In this document: piece after piece, positions 23,649 through 35,351 of the stretch | How the letters are laid out: each line of letters begins with the position of its first letter | Position numbering within the stretch: position 1 is the first letter of the stretch | Source of the DNA: Octopus sinensis | Lineage: Eukaryota | Direction of reading: 5' to 3' | NCBI RefSeq assembly: GCF_006345805.1 | Contig: NW_021834994.1 | Span: forward strand, 1-45,379 | Length of the DNA: 45,379 bases | Position numbers and translations under genes: made by a program | Notes under the pieces: model-generated | The model's database searches: none | The model's input: the letters and a program-made list of their open reading frames with translations, nothing else | Told to the model about the DNA's origin: nothing

Positions 23649-24492
23649 TAGCAGAATTGCCCGGCGTTGCTCGGGGCTGAATTGCTTGAAAGTACTGTTA
23701 ATGATTGCACTGAATTATGGTGATTATTCAGGCAAATATTGATATAAGTTTACGGTGGGAGATAAGGACTTAACGATCAAACGTGTGCCATTGCATTGTT
23801 TTGGGGGAACCAAATTTCTGATGAGCATTATAGGGGCACCAACTTTAAGTTTGAGAAAGTGTGGTGGTAGTCCGGGGTGCTCAAAGGAATTGAGTACCTC
23901 TATTGGATAGTTGATGACGTCCTCTGGGTCAGGAGTTGTATCGATAGACTGATATACATAGACTTCCCCAGGAATGAGTTTTAGCATTTCATCATTAATA
24001 TGGTGAACAGTTTTATTCCTCGGGGCCAGTATAGCCTTTTTGCCAATCCAATCCATATTCTGATAATTAGCTTGTAGATCTGGGAACACTGCATCTCTGA
24101 GATCAGAAGGCGTCTTAACAATGGTACAAATGGAATCGATGGCAATATTACCATTTTCATCCCCTGCTATTTTGCCTTCGCCAAGTGAAAGGAGGGTGTG
24201 AGGAAATGCTGCTGATGTGATATTACGTCGCATATGAGCTCGCATATTGGTGTGAAGTTTGAGAGTTACTTCCCTTTATTAAAAAAAATATGCATTAAAA
24301 TGAAAAAAAATGATGGTAAATTATTTGTAAAATCATAGACTCATCGTAGACGCGCGCTAATACCTAGAAGGGATCGATATGAATCACAACTATAAGATAC
24401 CCGGTTTTGGTTAAACTGCATCGCAAAATGTGGGAGTAGTAGGAATCTAAATCGGAAGTAGACAGACACACAACCTCTTTTATATATATATA
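23648..24492 (-). mobile_element. Helitron deletion derivative carrying a PIF1-like helicase fragment (about 23724-24270)
   Basis: LHTNMR...AILAPRNKTVHHIN...NYPIEVLNSFEHPGLPPHFLKLKVGAPIMLIRNLVPPKQCNGTRL; same 5' region as the 7101/7630 copies; 3' hairpin plus CTAG at 23648. Confidence 0.93.
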
Positions 24493-25172
24493 TTTTCGTC
24501 CTAAAAAACTTGTATGGATTGAATGGTTACCTCTATGGAAATATATACACGCACATTATACATACATGTGTGTATAGATGAATATATAAATACATTTAAA
24601 TATCTATATACACTTTTGGGCGATCTTTCTGTTTCTTAGAGATAACTTTAGATCTTATTTTCGTCCTAAAAAACTTTGTATGGAGTGAATGGTTACCTCT
24701 ATGGAAATATATACACACACGTTATACATATATGTGTGCATAGATGAATATATAAATACATTTATATATCTATATACACTTTTGGGCGATCTTTGTGCTA
24801 CTTAGAGATAACTTTAGATCTTATTTTCGTCCTAAAAAACTTTGTGCGGAGTGAATGGTTACGTCTATGAAAATATATACACACACATTATACATACATC
24901 TATGTATAGATGAATATATAAATACATTTAAATATCTATATACACTTTTGGGCAATCTTTCTGCTACTTGTATATACTTTAGATCTTATATTCGTCCTAA
25001 AAAATTTTGTATGGAGTGAACGGTTACCTCTATGGAAATATATACACACACATTATACATACATCTGTGTATAGATGAATATATAAATACATTTAAATAT
25101 CTATATACACTTTTGGGCGATCTTCCTGCTGCTTGGATATATACTTTAGGTCTTATATTCGTCCTAAAAAAC
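24493..25172. repeat. About 166-bp minisatellite, four units plus a partial
   Basis: ttcgtcctaaaaaac recurs at about 24495, 24660, 24826, 24991 and 25158. Confidence 0.92.
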
Positions 25173-25233
25173 TTTCCTGTCACACACTCACGCACACGCA
25201 CACACACACACACACACGCACCCTCACACACAC

Positions 25234-25277
<44 letters not shown>

Positions 25278-25399
25278 CCACACGCACACACACACACACG
25301 TTAGCTTACAATTTTATTTATATATTTGCGTGTCTATGTGTGTAAAGAGGAAGTGGGAATGCAGAGTGAAAGAGTCACTCACTACAAAAAGTGAATTAT

Positions 25400-25664
25400 T
25401 TTCACTTTAATCGTTGCACACTGTGTGTGTGCGTGTGCGTGAGCTGTATCCCACACTAAGAAAAGCATTTGACTTATACACCACAATGTGAGTTTTCTCT
25501 AAATTTTGCTTAATTGGGGTTGAAATTTTAAAAACTGGACCTGGCACGACCCGATGCATTCTACTCTTAAAAATGCAAGGTAAATTGTAATTGAAGAAAT
25601 CCTATATTGTAGATTTCTATAAGAGACAAAGGGAGGCAGATAAAATCTGCCTTTTATAATAAGA
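25400..25664 (-). mobile_element. Second Helitron-like family 5' region; second copy at about 26565-26832
   Basis: Minus strand begins TCTTATTATAAAAGGCAGATTTTATCTGCC; about 265-bp direct repeat with 26565-26832. Confidence 0.6.
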
Positions 25665-26053
25665 CTAGCAGTATCGCCCGGCGTTGCTCGGGTTGTAAGG
25701 GAAATAACTATATAAGCATTTTTGAGAGTTATAGCCAAAAAATAGCAAAAAAATGCATTAAAAATTGAAAAAAAATTAAGGTAAATTTTTTTTAAATCGT
25801 TGACACATCGTAGATATTTTTAGAGAGTTACTTCCTTATATAAAGCGAAAAAATGCATTAAAATGGAAAAATATGATGGTAAATTTTTTTTAAATCGTAG
25901 ACTCATCGTAGACGCGCGCTAATACCAGAAGGGCTCGATATGAATCACGACTATAAGATACCCGCTTTTGGTTAAACTGCACCGCAAAATGTGGGAGTAG
26001 TTACGAATCTAAATCGCAGGAGACAGACACACAACTTCACTCTTATATAAAGA
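25665..26053 (-). mobile_element. Non-autonomous Helitron (7101 family)
   Basis: 5' TCTTTATATAAG at 26053; 3' cccgagcaacgccgggcgatactgCTAG ending at 25665. Confidence 0.9.
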
Positions 26054-26878
26054 TGCTTTTTTTTTTCAGTCATAGAGTTAGATTTATGAAGGTCTTCAGT
26101 AGAAAATCCTTCGAATTCTGACTCGCTGCTTGATATAATGAAATTCGTATCCATTTTTTGTCAGAATTACAAATTTTGAAAACACAATAGGAACAAATTT
26201 CGGAAAAAATTCTCCATAATTCACGGAATTAAAATTACACTTCGATTTTTGTACAAAACTGTATTTGAAGTGTTTACGAAGTATAATACGTGTTTTCACG
26301 AATGTACTAAAGAGATTTACTCTGATATTCTCATTTAAATATGAATAGGTAACTTCGGGCGGCGGTTTGGTAACGAAAGGGTTTATATAAGTGTCGTCTG
26401 TTTATACATAAACACTGTTTCATACTTCAGTTTAGTCTTCCTCAAATCACTCTGTCGCTATTTACTCTCTTCCAAGAAATTTTCACTCACTCTTATCTGT
26501 TAGCTTGCCATACATTTTACTCATGTATCTATCAGCGTGATAGACAGAAACAAATATTACATCTAGTTTCACTTTATTCGTTGCACACTGTGTGTGTGCG
26601 TTTGCGTGTGCTGTAAACCAGACTAAGAAAAGCATTTGACATACACACCAGAATGTGAGTTTTCTGTAAATTTTGCTTAATTGGAGTTTAAATTTTAAAA
26701 ACTGGACCTGGCAAAACCCGATGCATTCTACTCTTAAAAATGCTAGGTAAATTGTAATTGAAGAAATCCTATATTGTAGATTTCTATAACTGACAAAGGG
26801 AGGCAGATAAAATCTGCCTTTTATAATAAGAGATATATATATATGTATATATATATATGTGTGTCTGTGTATATATAT

Positions 26879-26917
<39 letters not shown>

Positions 26918-26921
<4 letters not shown>

Positions 26922-28043
26922 GACAGAAACTGAAAGACACCCGTCGTAGATATATATGCGTGTGTGTGTATGCATTTTTGTCTGTGTTTGCCCCTCCCCC
27001 ACTATTGCTTGATAACCGATGTTGGTGTGTTTACGTCCCCGCAACCTAGTGGTTCGGCAATAGAGTCCGATAGAATATATACTGAGTATAGACAGAATAA
27101 TGTGCTTTGATAATTCCATTTCAGAAGATTGTAACAACGGTGAAAAAAAATCAATGTTAATTTATTGATGCATTTGGACAAGTCTATGTTTGTATTCTGA
27201 GACAATTGCAAAGAAGTGTTTAAAAACTTTTCAAAACTCTACAAAAATCCGGTACAAATTCTTCTTTCTCCGAAATGTCGTTTACTCTTTCCTCAACCTG
27301 ATACATATATGATTAATGAGAGAGAAGGTAGATGGAAGATACGAGAACGTTTGTTGATCCCTACAATTGTTTTGACCCATCAAACATCGATTCCTCACGG
27401 GTAGAATACTGAACAGGCGTTATTTTATCGAAATAAATCTTGTCACCCGAGGAGATACAACTACACCGACGGATACACACAAAACCAGATGTTCAGTTTC
27501 ACACCCGTGAGGAATCGATGCTAGATAGGTCGAAACAATTGCGGGTATCAATGAACATTCTTCCGTCTCTCTCATTAATCAAATACACACACACAAACAC
27601 ACACACACACTTGCACAAACACATATTTATAAAAATATGTAATTTATTTTACTTGTTTCTGTTGTATTAGACTTCGGCCAAACTGGGGCAGCGCTTCTAA
27701 ATCTTTTAGTCGAATGAATCGACCTAGGTACGTCTTCTTAAGCCTGGTACATATTCTATCGGTCTCTTTTATTGCTGTTGCATACCAACACAATGTCTCT
27801 CTCTGTCTCACATACAGACAGACAGACACACACATATATATACGACAGGCTTCTTTCAATTTCGCTCGACCAAATGTGCTCGTAAAGCTTTCGTCAACCT
27901 GAAGCTATAGTAGATGACACTTGCTTAAACTGTCAGGTAGTGACCGAGTAACGTGGCTGGAAAGCAGACTTCTTACCACAAAGCCAACCAGCACCTACAC
28001 ACACACACACATATATATATGTATGAATACATATATGTATATA

Positions 28044-28125
<82 letters not shown>

Positions 28126-28550
28126 TTCGCCATTTATTCATATATAACACACAAATTTCTGCAAATGAACTCGGAGTTTCTACTCTTGGACAGGTCGCTT
28201 CAACCGTGTTTCTGACGTGAATTTGCTACCCTGGTATCGATTCAACGAATTTTCCATGCTGACGATAAATATAGGATAATTCATTCACCAATTGAAATAT
28301 ATATATATGTATATGTATAATATATATATATGTATATGTATATACATTCGCCATGATAGATTGGTAACCACCACTACACATTCTTTATTTTCTCTCTTGT
28401 TTCTTTCTCTGTTCCTTTCTGTGGAAGAGTGTAGGCTCGAAACGTTAAATAATTTTTTCACTTCCGAGCGTTATACCAATGCATCTGTTTTTTGTCTACA
28501 CCAACTGTCTTTCTCTTTTGGTTTTTCGTGAATTCTCCCTGTATATTATA

Positions 28551-28594
<44 letters not shown>

Positions 28595-29737
28595 GACAGA
28601 AACTGAAAGACACACCGTAAGATATATATGCGTGTGTGTGTATGCATTTTTGTCTGTGTTTGCCCCTCCCCCACTATTGTGATAACCGATGTTGGGGGGT
28701 TTACGTCCCCGCAACCTAGTGGTTCGGCAATAGAGTCCGATAGAATATATACTGAGTATAGACAGAATAATGTGCTTTGATAATTCCATTTCAGAAGATT
28801 GTAACAACGGGGTGAAAAAAAATCAATGTTAATTTATTGATGCATTTGGACAAGTCTATGTTTGTATTCTGAGACAATGCAAAGAAGTGTTTAAAAACTT
28901 TTCAAAACTCTACACAAAATCCGGTACAAATTCTTCTTTCTCCGAAATGTCGTTTACTCTTTCCTCAACCTGATACATATATGATTAATGAGAGAGAAGG
29001 TAGGATGGGAAGATACGAGAACGTTTGTTGATCCCTACAATTGTTTTGACCATCAAACATCGATTCCTCACGGGTAGAATACTGAACAGGCGTTATTTTA
29101 TCGAAATAAATCTTGTCACCCGAGGAGATACAACTACACCGACGGATACACACAAAACCAGATGTTCAGTTTCACACCCGTGAGGAATCGATGCTAGATA
29201 GGTCGAAACAATTGCGGGTATCAATGACCATTCTTCCGTCTCCTCATTAATCAAATACACACACACAAACACACACACACTTGCACAAACACATATTTAT
29301 AAAAATATGTAATTTATTTTACTTGTTTCTGTTGTATTAGACTTCGGCCAAACTGGGGCAGCGCTTCTAAATCTTTTAGTCGAATGAATCGACCTAGGTA
29401 CGTCTTCTTAAGCTGGTACATATTCTATCGGTCTCTTTTATTGCTGTTGCATACCAACACAATGTCTCTCTCTGTCTCACATACAGACAGACAGACACAC
29501 ACATATATATACGACAGGCTTCTTTCAATTCGCTAGACCAAATGTGCTCGTAAAGCTTTCGTCAACCTGAAGCTATAGTAGATGACACTTGCTTAAACTG
29601 TCAGGTAGTGACCGAGTAACGTGGTGGAAAGCAGACTTCTTACCACAAAGCCAACCAGCACCTACACACACACACACATTATATATGTATGAATACATAT
29701 ATGTATATATATATGTATAATATATATATATATATAT

Positions 29738-29792
<55 letters not shown>

Positions 29793-30196
29793 TTCGCCAT
29801 TTATCATATATAACACACAAATTTCTGCAAATGAACTCGGAGTTTCTACTCTTGGACAGGTCGCTTCAACCGTGTTCTGACGTGAATTGCTACCCTGGTA
29901 TCGATTCAACGAATTTTCCATGCTGACGATAAATATGGATAATTCATTCACCAATTGAAATATATTATATGTATATGTATATATATAATATGTATATGTA
30001 TATACATTCGCCATGATAGATTGGTAACCACCACTACACATTCTTTATTTTCTCTCTTGTTTCTTTCTCTGTTCCTTTGTGGAAGAGTGTAGGCTCGAAA
30101 CGTTAAATAATTTTTTCACTTCCGAGCGTTATACCAATGCATCTGTTTTTTGTCTACACCAACTGTCTTTCTCTTTTGGTTTTTCGTGAATTCTCC

Positions 30197-30200
<4 letters not shown>
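26918..30200. repeat. About 1.67 kb tandem duplication (26918-28545 and 28591-30200) containing SINE B pieces and PLE terminal-repeat remnants
   Basis: Near-identical sequence apart from small indels; breakpoints lie in (TA)n. Confidence 0.93.
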
Positions 30201-30240
<40 letters not shown>

Positions 30241-30419
30241 TATATCCACATATACTAGCGCTATAACCCGGGTCATAGTTTAAGTGCATATATATATATA
30301 TATATATGTGTGTGTACATATTACATGTACATCTACATGTATACATCTACACATAAGATACAAAATACAAAGTTATATCTTGATATCGCTAGTGATAACA
30401 ATACTCAATATATATAACA

Positions 30420-30965
30420 GACTGGAATTGTAGGCCCGTCTCTTGCAATTTCGATCAATTGTATCTTGTCCTCCCTCTTGTATAGGAGTGTGGCTACAAT
30501 GCAGCCTACCTCTACTTCTGGGGGGACATTTTAAATTTTTATCCGGGACGTCATACGTCCCCGATATAAAGGTAAAAATAAAATATTACCACTTTGCAAG
30601 GTTCGAGTCGAGTACTCCCTTGCACGCTCCATTGACTCGAACCTTGCTTCTATTGTGGAGAATTTACCGCCTCTGGTTAGATACTTGATATCTTTCATAG
30701 TCGCACCAAGATACTTTTCAATGGTGCTTTCCTCAACGTGTTCATTTCTTTTTTCCTCTACATTGTATACTTTATAGACAATAGTCTTTTCTTTAATTTT
30801 ATTTTTTATTTCGTTTGGTGGTGTTATCCTAGATTCACCGTCTTTGTCGGTGATCAATCTGAAATAGGTTTGTATTTCTTCGATTTTAATTTTAACGAGC
30901 TCGCCGCCAGCCGACGGCTGCAGCGAAATTCATTTTTGGACTTTCTTCTATCGAAGACATTTTAA
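30420..30965 (-). pseudogene. Probable L1/Tx1-type LINE ORF1 N-terminal fragment
   Basis: MSSIEESPKMNFAAAV...GKFSTIEARFESMERAREYSTRTLQSGNILFLPLYRGRMTSRIKI*NVPPEV resembles RRM-type ORF1; has a stop and a frameshift. Resemblance judged by eye only. Confidence 0.45.
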
Positions 30966-31619
30966 CAAAAATGCTTCCGTGTAAATGGTGAAAATATTGT
31001 CAATTTCCCCAAACAGGGACATAATTCAATTTTTAAACAATAACCAAAGCTCCTTCTCCCAAAGGGGGAGGGTTACGGTTTACAATTATTTAACAAATGC
31101 AACACAACAACGCTTCCCTTATGAGGAACCAACAAACGTGATAACAATAGTTAAACAGTAATAATAATAACAACAAACCTTACGGTGAATCAAAAAGCAG
31201 TACTCTGTTGAAGCTATAGGCTTTTATGGATCAGAAATAAACCAACAGCAGTACTCAGTAGAAGCATCTGTTCGAGAAACAGACATTACATACAGCCGAA
31301 CTTCATATAGACACTTAATGCTAGCTAATAAGTAAATAATCTAGTGTAAAAGCCGTGCACAGCTCCACCTGGACTATTCCATTTCGGCACTTAAATTTTA
31401 TTTTTTATTTATTCCCATTCATGTGAAACCACATTAATGCAATTTTATACCAATTGCTATTTTTACTATTAATTGTTATGTTACGATTTAATATTATTTA
31501 TCATACTTTAGTTTGATTTATTACTTACACATATAATTCAATTGTTATTATTACCTCTAATTTTATTGTTAAAGTGAAAGTATCTGACATAAAATAGAGA
31601 GATGTTTTTGTTTCACTTT

Positions 31620-31820
31620 TAACACGTAATATGAAATATGAGGAGAACATATGATATGCTACGGGCTCACCCTAGGCAAGAAGTTGAACATTTTTTGCCC
31701 AAGAAACTACATGGACTCTAAGTAAGGCATGTGTAAAATTTGAATGATATTGGTTATGTAGTTCTCAAGTTTTAGGGAAACACACAGACAGACAGACACA
31801 CATCTCAGTTTTATATATAT
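31620..31820 (-). mobile_element. Helitron/Helentron-like non-autonomous 5' fragment
   Basis: Minus strand atatataaaactgagatgtgtgtctgtctgtctgtgtgtttccctaaaacttgagaactacataacc. Confidence 0.45.
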
Positions 31821-32460
31821 ATATATATATATTATTATATATATATATATATATAATATAATATATATAGATATCTGTGTATGTGTGTGTGTGTGTGTGT
31901 GTGGTGTGTGTGCTTGTTTGCGTGTGCGGGTGTGTTATAATAATTGAAGCTAAATCTCATTTAGCAATGCTGACAATACACTTATCTTCTTAGTATTGTT
32001 CTATCAACCATAATCGTCAAGAGTAGCGTGCAGCAACAAACGACACATCACTACATGGATCCATATGTTTACGTTTCGTCTTCAAAACCGATGGCATCGA
32101 TTTTATCCATATTAACCTCTTGGTTCAATAAAGTTTGAACATCCCGTATCGGTGGCACGATAACACATTGGTAAGCAAATGGCCTTGTGCTTGGCTGAAA
32201 CATAATAAGCCTAACTGTTAAACACACCCTGATATTAAAAATCAGTGGCAGGTATTGATGATTTTTTGTTTAAAAAGAAAGTCATTGGATTAATACATTT
32301 ATTATCCTTTGAAGATAGTCGTTCAATATTATATACCGGACGTACAATGTAGTATTGCGTGACAGCCTTTAATTAAAACTCGAAGTGCTATGATCTATGA
32401 CCGTTGATTCTGCTCTGTAGCCGCTTCTTTGGCACTCATGCACAAACACTTTCACATATA

Positions 32461-32863
32461 CTCTTTACTCTTTACTCTTTTACTTGTTTCAGTCATTTGA
32501 CTGTGCCCATGCTGGAGCACCGCATTTAGTCGAGCAAATCGACACAGGGGCTTATTCTTTGTCAGCCCAGTACTTATTCTCTCGGTCTCTTTTGCCGAAC
32601 CGCTAAGTGACGGGGACGTAAACACACCAGCATCGGTTGTCAAGCAATGCTAGGGGGACAAACACAGACACACAAACACACACACATATATATAAATATA
32701 TACGACAGGCTTCTTTAAGTTTCCGTCTACCAAATCCACTCACAAGGCATTGGTCGGCCGGGGCTATAGCAGAAGACACTTGCCCAAGATGCCACGCAGT
32801 GGGACTGACCCGGAACCATGTGGTTGGTAAGCAAGCTACTTACCACACAGCCACTCCTGCGCC
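32461..32863 (-). mobile_element. SINE family B copy, near full length
   Basis: Full head, core and tail on the minus strand. Confidence 0.9.
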
Positions 32864-32968
32864 TATATATACAGATAAGGAAATAATTTTATTCTCAAAC
32901 GCGTGATAATGCTAATAATATAGCACGAACAGGGTAAACTATCAATATTTTGCAGAAATATCTGTCGG

Positions 32969-33042
32969 TGGCCAGCCATGAGTCTCGAAATCACATCCCT
33001 GTGATTACACGTCAAGTGCTTTACCATTAAGCTAAACTGCCC
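32969..33042 (-). pseudogene. tRNA-Thr(UGU)-like pseudogene or repeat head; second D-arm-deleted copy at 33367-33424 (+)
   Basis: GGGCAGTTTAGCTTAATGGTAAAGCACTTGACGTGTAATCACAGGGATGTGATTTCGAGACTCATGGCTGGCCA: A box, loop CGUGUAA, degenerate B box, imperfect stems. Confidence 0.6.
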
Positions 33043-33548
33043 TAACGATAAATTCAACTTACGTTGTAAGTCAAGAAACGAAGTTTGCTTTAGAAGCGTT
33101 GAGATGTATTCAAAGATACAGATAAGGAAATATATATATATATATATATACATATATACATAGATACAGATAAGGGAATAATTTTATTCTCAAACACAGG
33201 ATAATGCTAATAATATAGCATGAACAAGATAAACTAGCCTGTACATCTCAGCGCTTCTAAAGCAAACTTTGTTGACTTTCAACGAAAATTGAATTTAACG
33301 TACTATAGCGTCTTGTAAAGTTAAATTTATAATATATATCCTAAATTTGAAGACGAATTTTTCGTTGGGGCACTTTCTTGACGTGTAATCACAGGGATGT
33401 GAGTTCGTGTCACATGGCTGGCCGCCGACAACTTTTTCTGCAAATATGGATGGTTTATCCTGTTCATGGTAAATTTTTAGCTTTATCCTGAGTTTGAGAA
33501 TAAAATTATTTCCTTATTTGTATGTATATAATATATATATATATATAT

Positions 33549-33599
<51 letters not shown>

Positions 33600-33733
33600 A
33601 TATATGGAATCGGCGGCTTATATTTATTTGCTGCCGATAAATTTGGCGCGAGTGCGATGATTTGAAAATTTTAGGTCAGATATTGCCGAGGCAGGGAGAG
33701 AAGTGCCTCGTGAAAATATCTGTTCCGATCTGG

Positions 33734-33851
33734 CTGTTTTCTTACTGACGAATCCATCGGCCTATGGAAGATTGGCTTGATTTAATTTAATCAGGTGGTG
33801 GTTACCATTAAACAATAGATGAAACGGTGTGCATCGTATAAGAAATTACAG
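33734..33851 (+). ncRNA. Type I hammerhead ribozyme (family B, copy 1), predicted cleavage after A33838
   Basis: Stem I UUUCUUA(33738-44)/UAAGAAA(33839-45) plus CUGU/ACAG; CUGACGA 33745-51; stem II AUCCAU/AUAGAU with a long insert; GAAA 33821-24; stem III ACGGUG/CAUCGU; GUA triplet. Confidence 0.88.
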
Positions 33852-34226
33852 GGTAAATGTTTTTTTAATTTTCTCCTGGTTTGCGGAATTAATGTTATTT
33901 TGCGGTTGAAGCTTTGGCTGTTATTTCTAGTGGGTGAATGGCCTATTATGGCCGTTCCTTGATTGTGATGTTGAACTTATAAATGGTCTATGACTATTTA
34001 ATTTTTTCCCACTAGGCCGCTGGTGGCAAAAAAAATTCTACAAAATTTTTTGCCACCCTATATTGATTAATTATGAATTTTCTGGTTAATTCCGTAGTGG
34101 AATCGGCGGCTTATATTTATTTGCTGCCGATAAATTTGGCGCGAGTGCGATGATTTGAAAATTTTAGGTCAGATATTGCCGAGGCAGGGAGAGAAGTGCC
34201 TCGTGAAAATATCTGTTCCGATCTGG

Positions 34227-34341
34227 CTGTTTTCTTACTGACGAATCTATCGGCCTATGGAAGATTGGCTTGATTTAATTTAATCAGGTTGGTTTACCAT
34301 TAAACAATAGATGAAACGGTGCATCGTATAAGAAATTACAG
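34227..34341 (+). ncRNA. Type I hammerhead ribozyme (family B, copy 2), predicted cleavage after A34328
   Basis: CUGACGA 34238-44; perfect stem II AUCUAU/AUAGAU; GAAA 34313-16; loopless near-palindromic stem III ACGGUGCAUCGU; same 7-bp stem I. Confidence 0.9.
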
Positions 34342-34555
34342 GGTAAATGTTTTTTTAATTTTCTCCTGGTTTGCGGAATTAATGTTATTTTGCGGTTGAA
34401 GCTTTGGCTGTTATTTCTAGTGGGTGAATGGCCTATTATGGCCGTTCCTTGATTGTGATGTTGAACTTATAAATGGTCTATGACTATTTAATTTTTTCCC
34501 ACTAGGCCGCTGGTGGCAAAAAAATTCTACAAAATTTTTTGCCACCCTATATTGA

Positions 34556-34639
<84 letters not shown>

Positions 34640-34704
34640 GTAAAACTTACTTAGAAGTGGATGCGTGGCGTTCCATCATATAATAACAAAATAATAGATA
34701 AAAC

Positions 34705-35129
34705 ATATGCATATATACATACATATATGTACGTACCTACATCTATGTGTATATATACATGCATATATGGGTACAGGACACCAAAAAAAGTCGAACACAA
34801 TGAGAAACGAAAACAAACACAAAACCAAGGAAATGGACATTTTTCTTAAACAACGAAAAAATAGAGTACAAGACATACAACACAAGGAATATTCTCCTTC
34901 TTCAGTGGATGAAACAGAGGCGGCTGAAGAAGGGGAATTTTCCTTGTGTTGTATGTCTTGTACTCTGTTTTTTCGTTGTTTAAGAAAATTGGTCCATTTC
35001 CTTGGTTTTGAGTTTATGTTTTCGTTTCTCATTGTGTTCGACGATTTTTTTGGTGTCCTGTACCCATTTATGCATGTATATATACATGTAGAGGTAGGTA
35101 CGTACATATATGTATGTATATATGCATAT
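34705..35129. repeat. Long inverted repeat, arms of about 200 bp, 18-nt spacer (34906-34923)
   Basis: 34705-34905 is the reverse complement of 34924-35129 with scattered mismatches and indels. Confidence 0.92.
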
Positions 35130-35351
35130 TCTTCTGAAACATGGACGTATTATGAAAGGCAATTCAAATTGTAAGAACAATTCCGCCAAAAATGCCTTCA
35201 TCGCATTTTAAACATTAAATGTTAGGTGTACTCATGAAACTTGTTATTCTTTATCGATTAAATCTTCTGAGTCATTTAAAATATTGTAATGATTCTTATA
35301 ATTATTTAACACTTAAATTTTTATCTTCAGACGTCGAAAAAACGGCAAAAA

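Larger units (their letters stand above)
33605..34563 (+). mobile_element. Retrozyme-like tandem repeat family B: about 1.95 copies of a ~490-nt monomer inserted in (TA)n
   Basis: Unit starts tggaatcggcggc at 33605 and 34098; each unit has a complete type I hammerhead and many hairpins; no ORF of 60 aa or more in the track. Confidence 0.85.

Noticed and set aside
26060-26160. SSSESEFEGFSTEDL peptide reminiscent of DNA transposon acidic segments
   Set aside because: Too short and low complexity; no TIR or catalytic domain identified.
33367-33604. tRNA-like Pol III promoter driving retrozyme B
   Set aside because: This copy lacks the A box/D arm, and T-runs directly downstream would terminate Pol III.
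33640-33760. C/D box snoRNA or other housekeeping ncRNA in family B
   Set aside because: Box C would be CGATGA rather than TGATGA, with no terminal stem; the hammerhead fold explains the CTGA motif.
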